Source: Octopus bimaculoides
Lineage: Eukaryota
DNA length: 56,398 nucleotides
Direction of reading: 5' to 3'
Assembly (NCBI RefSeq): GCF_001194135.2
Contig: NC_068990.1
Coordinates: forward strand, 43,700,388-43,756,785
Part shown: in pieces, positions 1-11,029 of the stretch
How positions within the stretch are numbered: position 1 is the first letter of the stretch
Layout: each line of letters starts with the position of its first letter
The notes under the pieces: model-generated
The model's database searches: none
The model's input: only the letters and a program-made list of their open reading frames with translations
Told to the model about the DNA's origin: nothing
Position numbers and translations under genes: made by a program

Positions 1-1119
1 ATATATATATATATATATATAATCTAAGAGAGTTAGGGGTTGAGGATCCAACCCACTAAGGGATAATATCTATCCAATATACTGCTGGGAGGGTACCCAA
101 TTATTGTTACACTAGTGTTATACCAAGTGCAATAAGTGGGTGCAGGTAAAAGGGGTTTTTTTTACCCTAAATTTATATAGCAATAAAAAAAAAAATGGAG
201 GGGGGTATGAGGTACTCATCAACTTGCAGACACTGTATTCCGTTGATTAATTTGTTTATTTTGTAACTAAATTGACAGAAAACAACGTACAGGCACTTAT
301 GACATACCATGTCATATCAACAATTAAGATTTCAAATTTAAGGGACATTTAGCAATTGGAGAAGGGACAAAATCTTACAGCTGTTTCAGCCTAACGTTGG
401 TATGCCCCATTCTATCTCTATAGCTCCTGTACGCTGGAGTAATTAGATGAAAATGATGTAATGGGGGTACATGCATGATTCGCTAGGCTTCTTCAGAGAT
501 TTTCAAAATTCAATACATGAATTTTGTCAAATTTTAATACAAATATAAAATAAGAATAAAATAAAAATATAAGGCACATAAAAAAACCTACAAAAAGTAT
601 ATAAGCCCATATAAATAGTCAGAAAAACTCGAATATACATGCCTATGCATGTATACATTACCATATGCAGATATACACGGTTACAAAACATAACTACATG
701 AGTACATATATGTGTGCTCAGATGCACATACACAGATTGCTGCACATGCATACCAAAATAGTTAACAGTTACTGTCACCATATGTGAGGGGGACAGACAC
801 ATATCTATCCCCTCACATATACATACATGCATATATGTATATATAAATACTCCCATACATACATGATGCCTGGTATGAACGTTATTCGTTGCGTTTGGAA
901 AGCTGTTTATATGTTAAAATTTGTTGGTGGAGGGGTCTATGTGGGAATTATTTCTTGAGGAGTTGTTGATATAATAATAACAATAACAATAATAATAATA
1001 TGCCAACTTTTTAAAAATTTTGATGAGGTGCTCCGTTATTTTTTCCCATAGAGAGGATAGGGTCCTTCTAGTAATGGGTGTTAAGGATACTGCTGCTATT
1101 TGAGGACCCTTTGAGATAT

Positions 1120-1265
1120 AGGTATTCATTTTTGCCAGCTAAGTGAACTGGAGCAACATGAAAATAAAGTCCTTGCTCAAGGACACAATGTGTTGCCAGG
1201 AATTGAACTCCCGACCTTATGATTGTGAGTTGAATACCCTAACCACTAAGTCACTTGCCTTCACA
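1120..1265 (-). mobile_element. tRNA-derived SINE (family F) 5' portion
   Basis: Minus strand reads gtgacttagtggttagggtattc...ggagttcaattcctgg (A/B-box-like), then gtgtccttgagcaagg. A related copy lies at 21177-21494. Confidence 0.7.
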
Positions 1266-1309
1266 ATTTATATATGTATAAGACCCAACAAGCCAAGTGA
1301 GACCATAAC

Positions 1310-1868
1310 CCGTGGCCTATGCCAGTGGGTGTAACCAGCCCACTTATGAGTACCCCTCATTCATTGGACAATGAACTTTGCTTGCGAAGACCTGTTGAGG
1401 CAAGTGAAATCAAAATCGCTGACATGGCCGATGACTACTGCCTGATTGGTACTTGTACCAAGGGAACGTTAAAAGCACCATCTGAGCATGATCGTTGCCA
1501 GGGCCGCTGATTGGCTCCCGTGCCAGTGGCATGTAAACACCACCATTCGAGCGTGATTGTTGCCAGCGTCGCCTAACTGGCACATGCGCCGGTGGCATGT
1601 GAGGAAACAACATTCGAGCATGGTCATTGCCAGTGCCGCCAGACTGGTTCCCATGCAGGTAGCACGTGAAAAACACCTTTTGAGCATGGTCATAGCCAGA
1701 ACCGCCTGACTGGCCCTTGTGTAGTTGGTGTTGGGAAGGGCATCCAGCTGTAGAAACTTTGCCAGATCAGATTGGAGCCTGGTGCAGCTTTCTGGCTCAC
1801 CAGTCCTCAGTCAAACCGTCCAACCCATGCCAGCATGGAAAGTGGACGTTAAACAATAATGATGATGT
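1310..1868 (+). mobile_element. RTE-related element 3' end (family C) with internal ~65-bp tandem units and (GAT)n tail
   Basis: About 4 degenerate units (gtggcatgt...ttcgagc...ttgccag...ctgactgg), then ggaagggcatccagctgtagaaac...gtggacgttaaac and gatgatg. The same terminus recurs many times in the window. Confidence 0.8.
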
Positions 1869-2856
1869 GTGTGTGTGTGTACATATATATATTTCTTCTA
1901 AATTTCTCAATGGAGACATTCAGTAACAGTACTCTAAAGTGAAGATTATTTGCCAACATAATATGTCAGTCCTGGTTAGGATAAATGTTACTGTTATTTA
2001 GCCCCAGGAAACATCATCTCTAGTTGGCTATACATACAACACACTCTATATATGGGTAATATCAGGAAATATGGCATACAAGCAATTTCTTAATTCTTAT
2101 GCAAAATGAAGAAATGGTTTCTAATTTTCAAAAGGGAAATTTTCATTACCTTAAAATTAATATACATGTGTGTATACATGTATATCTGTATGTTTGTGTA
2201 TGCATGTATATCTTTATATATTTGTGTTTAGATCATATATTGGTGCGTCTCTATATTTTTACATATTCATATTTCTGCACATGTCTATTTGTTCCCACTT
2301 TGCCTGCTCCCTCTCCTCTCTTTTTTCACACACTTTGTCTTGTGATGTTCATTTCCGCTTGTCCTAAAACATATTTCTTAGGCACACACACACCATACAT
2401 TATCTATGTATGTATTTATTTAAATGTATGTGCATATATAAGGCTATGAAAACAGTCAGATCAACATTATTGCTAGTGAAATTGTAAAACATATCCATTT
2501 ATCCATACACTCAGTCACACACTAAAACATGCATATACACTCTCACAGTCAATGACATATGTCCCTAAAAGTCTTTTCTTATGTTCAGTATTCACACGAA
2601 AAACATACTATTTTCTTAAGACTTTTAAGGCTCAAATTTCATTTTTCTCTGTGAATTAGAATCACAGAATTATGAATAACATAATTAAGTAGTGACCTTA
2701 TTAAGTTCCTTCAACAGATTCCTTAATAAACATTAATAAATAGTGATAGAAGCAAGGGAGTAGTAAAAGAATGGGTAATGGAGAGCATTTTTATATTTAT
2801 CTACTTTATTAATAAAGAGAGTATTGTAGTTCGTTTGAAGCATTGTGTATTGTTTG

Positions 2857-3094
2857 TAAAGAATAAAAAGTTTAGAATGGTATAACAATGCACTAAAGAA
2901 CAAAAAATGGACTATATACCTGTTGTAACTTGGTTATCTGCTATAGCAGCAGAGACTCCAGCAAATAAGATCTGAAGAAGGAATTATAATTCTGAAATAT
3001 CATCGGACTATAGATAACCAAGCTACAACAGGTATATAGTCTATTTTTTGTTCTATAGTGCATTGTTATACCATTCTAAACTTTTTATTCTTTA
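2857..3094. repeat. Long inverted repeat (83-bp arms, 72-nt loop)
   Basis: 2857-2939 is the reverse complement of 3012-3094 with 3 mismatches. Confidence 0.95.
2969..3004 (+). ncRNA. Minimal type I hammerhead ribozyme motif (HHR1)
   Basis: CTGAAGA (2972-78); stem II around the palindrome GAATTATAATTC; GAAA (2994-97); palindromic stem III AUAU; cleavage triplet AUC (C3001). Local stem I is only 3 bp (GAT/ATC) but the motif is enclosed by the 83-bp hairpin. Confidence 0.5.
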
Positions 3095-3131
3095 TTATTA
3101 AAGCTGCAAAGACATTACAAAAACTCAAAGA

Positions 3132-3175
3132 AAACTGTCCGGTGAACGGGAACGTGAAACTCTGAGTAACAGTTT
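3132..3175 (+). ncRNA. Type I hammerhead ribozyme motif (HHR2) with two core substitutions
   Basis: Stem I AAACTGT/ACAGTTT (7 bp); core CCGGTGA versus consensus CTGANGA (U4C, A6G); stem II ACG-GGAA-CGT; GAAA; stem III ACTC-T-GAGT; GUA triplet (A3168). Stem I is extended by a 24-bp inverted repeat (3092-3115 / 3181-3204). Confidence 0.75.
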
Positions 3176-3299
3176 GTGTGATGTCTTTGCAGCTTTATTA
3201 ATAAAGCATATTACTCTACCTCGAGTACTATTTTTTTCCATTTTGTTTCACATTTATGTGCTTACTCTGGTAGGTAGGCACGCAGGCAGGCAGGAGGGA

Positions 3300-3540
3300 T
3301 CATCATCATCATTTAACGTCTGTTTCCCATGTTGACATGGGTTGGACAGTTTGACCAGAGCTGGCAAGATGGAGAGCTGCACCAGACTCTTATCTGATTT
3401 GTTATGGTTTCTACGGCTGGATGTCTGTCATAACACCAACCATTTTACTGAGTGTGCAGAGTACTTTTACATGGCACTGCATGAGTCTTTTGCTTGGTGT
3501 TTTTACAGTGTTTCACAGATGCTTTTATGTGGTACTTTAC
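3300..3540 (-). mobile_element. RTE-related family C 3' end
   Basis: (cat)n-tttaacgtctgtttcccatg...ctacggctggatg, the reverse complement of the family C terminus. Confidence 0.75.
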
Positions 3541-3564
3541 CAAGCATGTATATACATGTGTGTG

Positions 3565-3611
<47 letters not shown>

Positions 3612-4419
3612 CCAACAACTACCACTGCTGTCCACAGGAATGTATATAAAGGAGACAAGACAGCCAGGCAACTACAGTTGTCAACACTCCTGTCACAGCG
3701 TGGGACCTTGAAGACTGCTAAAATGCAAGAAAGTATATTAGTCCCTTAATTTTCAATACTTAATATTTCATTCATTCAATAAGACAATCAATACTTCATT
3801 TCATTTTACTGAATATATTATATATTCTATATCCTACATTAATATTATAAGAATATAAATAAAACATAAAAAACAGACAGATTTGGAATTCCTTTGAATA
3901 ATATATTCCTCTATACACTATCATACAAACCCCTTTTATATTTNNNNNNNNNNNNNNNNNNNNNNNNNNNNNNNNNNNNNNNNNNNNNNNNNNNNNNNAT
4001 ACACACATGTATATATATATATATACACATGTATATAATTATGATTTAACATCTTTTTCCATACTTGCATGGGTTAGACAAAATTTATTGGAGGCAAATT
4101 TTCTACTACCAGATACCCTTCCTGTTGCCAACTCTCACCTATTTCCAGACAAGGTAATATTTCTTTGTGGCCAGACATGCTCTTGCAAGATATTGGAAAT
4201 GAATGACACTGTTTGTACAGCAGGAACACTCATTGGCAGCTAAGACAAGAAGATACAAACATACACACACTCACATATATAAAAATATTTAATCCATAAC
4301 CATTAGTCTGACAATATATATTCTGTTTCACCTATGGTTCATTGGGAACTAAAGAACAAAAGTTTAGGTAAAGCTAATTTATAATGTATGCCAAGTAGGA
4401 AAGAACAGTGGAATTCTTT

Positions 4420-4570
4420 GAGGTTCTGCTTACCAAATTTACTCACAAGACTTTGGTTTACCTGGGGTTACAGTAGAAGACACCTGCGCAAGGTGCTATG
4501 CAATGAGAACTGAACCAAAGACCATGTGGCTGGGAAGCTAACTTCTTACCACATAACCACCCACTGCATA
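4420..4570 (-). mobile_element. tRNA-derived SINE family B fragment
   Basis: Matches the family B head (gtggtaagaag...ttcccagccacatgg...ttcagt...tgtcttctact) seen at 17830-18217 and elsewhere. Confidence 0.7.
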
Positions 4571-4673
4571 TATTAACTTATAATTCACATGAAATGACCT
4601 AATATTGTTTCAACTAAATTAAAATTTAAACCATACATTTAACTTTGTTCTTTGTTTTCTCCTCCTACAACAG

Positions 4674-4721
4674 AGCTATGATGCTGCTCCAATGACTCCA
4701 GCTCAGAGGGCTGCACTACAG
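4674..4721 (+). CDS. Candidate internal exon of an unidentified gene (SYDAAPMTPAQRAALQ)
   Basis: Strong acceptor (tttgttctttgttttctcctcctacaacag) and donor (CAG|gtaaat); 48 nt; only one open frame; non-repetitive sequence. Confidence 0.6.
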
Positions 4722-5403
4722 GTAAATTTCATTTGTTTTTATATCTTATTTTTCTCATGCTAGCATTGGTTAGAATGATTATATTATTGAGACATTGTTT
4801 AGCAACCAGAAGTCTTTCCTATCACTTACCTTCACCTATTTGTCAAATAAGGAATGCATTATTCTACGTCTTTGAAGGTGCAAAGTTAGTGGATAATCTG
4901 TCGTAAGCATTCTTTGGGAAAATGCAAATGTGGTTATATAAGTAAGCAATACCCAACACCAACACAAAATTCCTGTATATAAAATAAATTAGAACAGTTT
5001 TATAAAACGATTTTCAGGTTAGCCTCAAGGCCACAAATTATTAATGCTAGTTCATGATACTCTCAAAAAATAAAGTGAAAGAGGGAATGAAAAGCAAAGT
5101 CCACCAAGTAGGATTTGAATTCAGAGCATAAATATACATTGTGATGCATATATTTGTTCAGTAGTTTACTTTAATAATGGTCTTTAACACCTGCACAAAA
5201 ACGACAAATGATGGGAGAGATTAATTATATCAGCCCAAAAGTACGAGACTTATAAATGACCCTAGCAGAAACTGAGGCCATTTTAAAGATCATAATAAAA
5301 ACATCAAGTGTTATTACTCTTGTCTTATTTTCTGTCTATAATTTTTTTTTTTTCAACTCCTTCATTCAATGCAGGATTTATTTAATGCATGTAAATACTT
5401 CAC

Positions 5404-5634
5404 CTCTTTTTGCCCTCCATGTAGCAATATTTTGAAATGTTCTTTTACTTTGATATCCCTCTTCCTCCATATTTTCCACTGCAGTCTTGAATCTTTCAAT
5501 TCATTTTGTATTTCACTCATAAGTTCTTTCTCTCTAATACTTGGATATGCCTTAACATAGCCATCAATAAAAATAATAGTTCGGTTCCTTAGCATTTCAC
5601 ATTTTGGTTCATCTGACAGCCTCTTCCAAACTTC
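5404..5634 (-). CDS. Candidate exon (EVWKRLSDEPKCEMLRNRTIIFIDGYVKAYPSIREKEL...HGGQKE), unidentified product
   Basis: 77-codon open frame with protein-like composition. Acceptor tttag|G at 5635-36; possible donor GAG|gtgaag at 5403, or read-through to the stop at 5362. The phase fits the exon at 5742-5796. Confidence 0.45.
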
Positions 5635-5741
5635 CTAAATGGCCCTACTCGAAGTGACAGTCTTAAAGGTAGATGAATTTTGTTGGTAAAGTCAATACAA
5701 TGCCAAGACCTATTGTAGTAATTCTATTTCATTCAACTGAC

Positions 5742-5796
5742 CTGAAGTGTTAGATACTTCCATTGTGCTTCTTTCCACAAATGCTGTATTGATGAC
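5742..5796 (-). CDS. Candidate exon (SSIQHLWKEAQWKYLTLQ)
   Basis: Acceptor tttactttttgttttaag|G and donor CAG|gtcagt; 55 nt; separated from the next exon by a 107-nt intron. Confidence 0.5.
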
Positions 5797-5815
5797 CTTA
5801 AAACAAAAAGTAAAC

Positions 5816-5890
5816 AATCGGTCAGAGCACTGCAACGCGTAATCATGGAGGTGTGAGTTTGAGTCTCATAGCTAACCGCCTACACTTTTT
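5816..5890 (+). pseudogene. tRNA-like relic (SINE head or pseudo-tRNA)
   Basis: D-loop-like aatcggtcagagcac, T-arm gtgag-tttgagt-ctcat, then T6. The 5' acceptor strand is missing. Confidence 0.4.
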
Positions 5891-6109
5891 TCTACAAAAT
5901 AGGGGTAGTTTATCCTGTTCAGGCTATATTATTAGCATTATCCTGCGATTGAGAATTTAAAATCACTTCTTTAACTTTCTAAGACATCGCAACACTTCTA
6001 AAAGCAAACTTCTTTTGTTTGTTTACGTTTGTCATAATTTGAATTTAATATTAATTTTATCTTTGCTATGACAAAACTTTTGTCTAGTGTAGATCTATCT
6101 ATAATCACT

Positions 6110-6640
6110 ATCATTATTTAATGTCCATGTTCCATGCTAGCTTGGGGTGGAAGGTTTCACAGAATCTGGGTTCAAGGACTGTCATACTCCAGTGTCTATT
6201 TTGGCAGTGTTTCTGTAGCTGTTTACCCTTCCTAATACCAACCACTTTACAGCATTTCTTCTTCTTTCTTGTGCATCACTGGCACTAGTAAGATCGCCAT
6301 GCAGCTTGCAAGACAACAAGCCTATAGGAGTAAGGGTCAGCTTTGATAGAAAATGAGGGATTAAAGTATAAAAGAAGGTGGAAGTGAGCAGGTTCTTGCA
6401 GAGAAGCTACAAAGCTGTGAAAAAAATAGTTGTGATTAGGTGAGTATAAGTGTGGGAGCAAAGGAATGCGGACTTTGGGTGGCTGAAGGTTTGCAAGAGA
6501 TAGGGAAATAGGAGAAAGGAGGTGAGGTAGACAACTGTAAAAGGTGGTTAAGGGGTAGCAGATGATCTATGATGCATGAGTTGAGAAAGGTAGAGGGATG
6601 CAAGACACACAATCAAACAAATGAGCTCTTTTTGACTTTT
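6110..6640 (-). mobile_element. RTE-type LINE 3' UTR (family C terminus with pyrimidine-rich extension)
   Basis: tttaatgtccatgttccatgctagc...ccttcctaataccaaccac terminus, plus ~350 bp of purine-rich (plus strand) extension. A similar copy lies at 31262-31620. Confidence 0.65.
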
Positions 6641-6714
6641 CAACCTCATGTCTGATGAAATATGCTACTCAGTTAATTCACCTATTTTCAAAAGCCCATC
6701 CTATGTGTGTGTGT

Positions 6715-6860
6715 GTGTGCAAGCATAGCTGTTTGGTTAAGAAGCTCACAACCACATAATTTTGAGTTCAGTCCTGGACAAATGTTTTCTATTATATCCC
6801 TGGGCTAACTTTTGACTTGTAAACAAATTTGGTCAATGGAAGCTGAAGCCCATCATGTGT
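6715..6860 (+). mobile_element. SINE family B fragment
   Basis: agcatagctgtttggttaagaagc...ttcagtcc...ggaagctgaagccc, a degenerate family B head. Confidence 0.6.
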
Positions 6861-7031
6861 ATGTGTATATATATATGTGTGTGTGTGTTTTTTTTATTAG
6901 TGATAGGAAAAGCATCCAGCCATAGAAACCATGCCAAAACAAACATGGGGCCCAGGTAGCCCTTCAGTTGGCCAGCTCCTGTTAATTAATAATGATGATA
7001 TATACATGTGTGTATGCATATATATATATAT

Positions 7032-7495
7032 CATCATCATCATCATCATCATCATCATCGTTTAACGTCCGCTTTCCATGCTAGCATGGGTTGGACGATT
7101 TGACTGAGGACTGGTGAAACCAGATGGCTGCACCAGGCTCCAATCTGATTTGGCAGAGTTTCTACAGCTGGATGCCCTTCCTAACGCCAACCACTCAGAG
7201 AGTGTAGTGGGTGATTTTACGTGCCACCCGCACGAAGGCCAGTCAGGTGGTACTGGCAACGGCCACGCTCAAAATGGTGTATTTTATGTGCCACCCGCAC
7301 AAGAGCCAGTCCAGGGGCACTGGCACGATCTCGCTCGAATGTCTTTACATGTGCCACTGGCCCAAGTGCCAGAAAGGTGACGCTGGGCACAGGTGCCATC
7401 CCGATTTCGCTTTCCCTTACCCCAATAAGTCTTCGCAAGCTGAGTTTCGTGTCCAATGAATGAGACAACGTTGGCATGGGTGCCAGTCGTCGACA
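7032..7495 (-). mobile_element. RTE-related family C element
   Basis: (CAT)9 tail, gtttaacgtccgctttccatgctagc terminus and internal tandem units; relatively young copy. Confidence 0.85.
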
Positions 7496-7769
7496 GTATA
7501 AATTTAGTTTGATTGCCTTTGATATTGTTAGAGTAATGGCAATTTTACTGAAATTGTTTAAGGGTGTACATACTTCAGTGAGATACTGTATATATATACA
7601 TATATACATATGTCTACAAATATATATCCATACATTTATCTTTTTATATCTATATACATACACACACACACATTTATATAAGCATACTTCCAATGACACA
7701 AACACATATCTATATATATATATACATACATGCATGCACATATATATACTCACACACACATGGTTATAT

Positions 7770-8176
7770 AGCAGAGCAGTCATACCTCGACCAGTCCTGG
7801 GTGTGTAGGCCAGCGGTCAATAACACTCCAGACCATGTTCGTAGGAGCATCACGTTGTGCATAATACTTGTATATGCCATTGAGGCTGCTTCCTGTTGTG
7901 GAGCAGGTGTATTGTGGGTACTGAGTAAAGGCAATTGCTCTCTCTACACCATCGTTTTCCATTTCCTCGATCGAGTCTTCAGCAAGGGGTGGTGCATAGC
8001 GGAAACGTACGTAGTATTTGTGGGGAAAAACTCATAGAAGAAAAAGAAGCATACTCTAATGACTAGAGCAGTCATAAAACAAAAGTTAAATTCGGGTCAT
8101 AGAGTTACCAAAGGTTTCGTATTGAGTCTGACGAGCTGTCCACAAGGTAAGTCTATGACCAGGGTTTAACTTTTTG

Positions 8177-8180
<4 letters not shown>
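7770..8180. repeat. Unclassified repeat module with terminal hairpin
   Basis: Direct repeat agagcagtcata at ~7772 and ~8065; inverted repeat 8076-8109 / 8146-8180; followed by (TA)30. Confidence 0.55.
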
Positions 8181-8245
<65 letters not shown>

Positions 8246-8699
8246 TCAAGGCAATGCTCCAGCATGGCTGCAATCCAGTAACTCAAACAAGGTAATAGAA
8301 GGAAGAATGTATATATTTATGTGCATGTATGTATTTTGTGTTGAAGTATATCAGAGAAATAGTAAACATCGGCAATAAATTGTTACTTTTAAACAAATGT
8401 CTCTTGTGGTATTTGTTCCTCCTAAATTACACAAGCACTCCCTTCTCACCTGATAATTCTACCTGTTGGAAACCCACTACCAAGGTCACTATTGTTCACA
8501 AAAAATTAATACAAATTTGAATGTAAAATAAGTGCAAGTTTATTGATTTAGATATGAGTATGCTACTAGTGCTGCTGTGCCTGCTACTACTACAATGGCA
8601 ATCTTTATTACTACTTCTACCACCGCTACAACTACTATTACTACCACTACCATAATTTCTGCAACTATTATTACAAGTATGTATTTGTAGCAAGGCACA

Positions 8700-9730
8700 T
8701 AACTCAGCTTGTCTCAGCCTGCTCCACTTCTATTTTATGAGTGAGTGGTTGTCAGAAAATCAGCCAACCATAATAGAAACCAATTGCTTCAGTTGTGTAC
8801 TGATTGTAAATATATGTAAAGCCATTGTAACCATGGCACTAACATGAACAAAAGAAGAAAAATCAATGTCTATGCAGTTACAAGGACAAAATTATTTACA
8901 ATGATGTATATGTGGTATTAGCAGGAATCTTAAATACGAATGGTACGGGTAAGGTACAGAACACTATTCTCTATCAACTCATAGATAAAAGGGACACCTC
9001 AGGCAAGTGCTGCCAAACTTTCATTTCCCATTCCAAGAAATTATAGTAAAATTTGAAACCCGGCAGAATAGTTGGTGGGGTTGTCACATTCCTTCAATGG
9101 ATTTGCTACCATCAATTGTTTTCAATTCTTTGCCATTGAACGAAGGTCAAAATTGTTAGGAAACAAATGTGCAAAAGTTTCTCCATGCTAAACAAAACTG
9201 TGCTCCAGGAATCCCTTAGATTCTTTTCAAAGGTCCTCTAATAATAATTACCTTGTAGCAACAAAAACAAGATTGTGGCATTTAAGAGCTCCTAGTTTAG
9301 GAATGGCACAAGGACAGCTGTTGTCCAATACAGTGCTTTTCATGCAGAATAACAAATACCCGGCCTACAATTGGACTAGTGACTCCCTTATTGGACTGCA
9401 TCTTGATATGCGAATCCATAAAATTTGATAAACAATCATCCTTGACCATGTAGAATTGCCTCTGCCAATGATAAAATACAAACCCCCAAAACCTGAGAAT
9501 ATTAGTGTCGTTAAGAAAGTAAAATATTACAACTAGGTTGCCAAATGCATTACACAATGTTTCCTTATCTCTTTTTTAAGACAGAATAAGATGTGAAGAT
9601 TAGGTTGCTATTTCTAGCACTTCTAGCATCCATTTAGTAACTCTTTCATTATGATATTTGTTTGATAAATTCATATGTAGAAGTTAATATCTCTCAAATA
9701 CTTCAAAGATGTAAACACCAGCATACCTTA
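8700..9730 (-). mobile_element. Highly degenerate hAT-like transposase remnant
   Basis: Minus-strand peptide MQSNKGVT...LHEKHCIGQQLSL resembles the hAT G-V...H-C-x-x-H-x-L-x-L motif; many stops. Confidence 0.3.
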
Positions 9731-9733
9731 CCA

Positions 9734-10891
9734 TCACTGATGAGTGCCTCTAAGGAAAGAACTGTGCATAAGGGGCCAAATGCCCTTTCCTATACTTCCT
9801 TGTTCCCAGTCCTGTTTTCCGTTTCTATATATTTTAAAATACACTTCATCACCTGTATTAAAAAATTTTGTTCTTCCTGAATTTTCTATTTTCTGTTTCC
9901 TACTTGGCAACAATTTATCAAAAATAGAACGAATTTTTCCGGAAAACATCAAATCTGCAGGTGACCTACCTGACTCTGCATTTGGATTCAGTGTTATTCT
10001 ATATACCTGCAAAAACTTTGTCATCTATTTTTCTTGTATCATCTCAAAGGTTTATTATTTGTTGGCATTCCTCAGCCACTTTCCGCAAGGTTAGTTTCAC
10101 ATCTTGATTCAGCTTTGATAATATTCTTTTTCTAATTTCCACGTCTTCCATTGCCACCAGCCCTTTAATGAATATTAGGCACTTGAACATATCTGGTGTT
10201 AATTTTTCCAGCTTAAACCTTTCGCAAGCTTTATTAACCATACCGGCATATGTTACAAAATCATCGGACTTGTTTTTCTTTAAATTTAAACATTCCCATT
10301 GAATGTTAAACTGCAAACTTTTCTCACTAAAAATATTAGCCAAAATATTTATCGTTTCATCAAAACACAATTCCGCGGGCTTTCTCAGCAAAATAAAGTT
10401 ACAAGACTTTCATGTTCCAGAGTAGCAAGCATTTGCAAAAGATGTCTTACCTTCCTTTCACTAGACCATCCCTTGCATTCCTCTCGGAATATGTCTTCGT
10501 ATCGTCTGTAATATGCAGTAAAAGTAGTTCCTTCATCCGGTTTATAGTGAAATTCTTCGATGGAATTTGCAACACTGTCCGCTGAAAATGATTCTGTCAT
10601 ATTTCTCAGCTGCAGTAACAATTCTGTTAACAACTGTAGTTGCTGCTCTTGTTGTTAGACAACTGCTTTCAGTAACTCTTCCATTTCAGTCCTATTCAAA
10701 ACTTCGTTGCCACTGTTATATCGCACGTTCGGATGACATGCCTTCGCCATAACATACCTCTACTCAACTACCGAACTCTCACTTCCAACAATATGACGTC
10801 TAGTCTACCGATGCTTCTACAACTAGCTATCATGTCCACTATTTATATTATTGGACTATCCTACTTATTGTCTGGGGGCATCCACACAACA
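9734..10891 (-). mobile_element. Ty3/Gypsy LTR retrotransposon, internally deleted (5' LTR, PBS, gag, integrase C-terminus)
   Basis: Gag-like SVANSIEEFHYKPDEGTTFTAYYRRYEDIF...FKCLIFIKGL (frameshifted, 10044-10633). Integrase tail KFLQVYRITLNPN...SPADLMFSGKIRSIFDKLLP (9734-10024). TGGCG PBS-like motif at 10745-49, after a short TGTTG-starting LTR (10750-10891). Confidence 0.8.
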
Positions 10892-11029
10892 TAATAAAAT
10901 AGCTAAAGTTAGTATTTTAAACATAAATTAACATGAAAATTTGATGAAAGACTTTAATTTAGATCCCTTTAAAACAGGAAATTTCTATCATAGAACCAGG
11001 GCCAGTTTCTGGTGGGATTGGTATCAAAA

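Noticed and set aside
455-505. Minus-strand CTGAAGA-agcctagc-GAAT-CATGCATG-TA hammerhead-like string
   Set aside because: GAAT instead of GAAA and no stem I pairing; compatible with chance.
1440-1720. CRISPR-like alternation of repeated blocks
   Set aside because: The units are degenerate ~65-bp minisatellite copies inside a retroelement 3' UTR; there are no unique spacers and no cas genes, and the context is eukaryotic.
2947-3031. Apparent exon QQRLQQIRSEEGIIILKYHRTIDNQATT with AG/GT ends
   Set aside because: It lies within a repeat-derived hairpin and HHR; the splice-like ends are explained by the inverted arms.
8448-8486. Minus-strand 39-nt candidate exon DLGSGFPTGRII (RecA-like look)
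   Set aside because: Phase-compatible with 5742-5796, but the acceptor is weak and the similarity is too short to support a call.
9738-9765. CTGATGA...GAAA motif
   Set aside because: No stem II or stem III; it falls at the end of the Gypsy integrase fragment.
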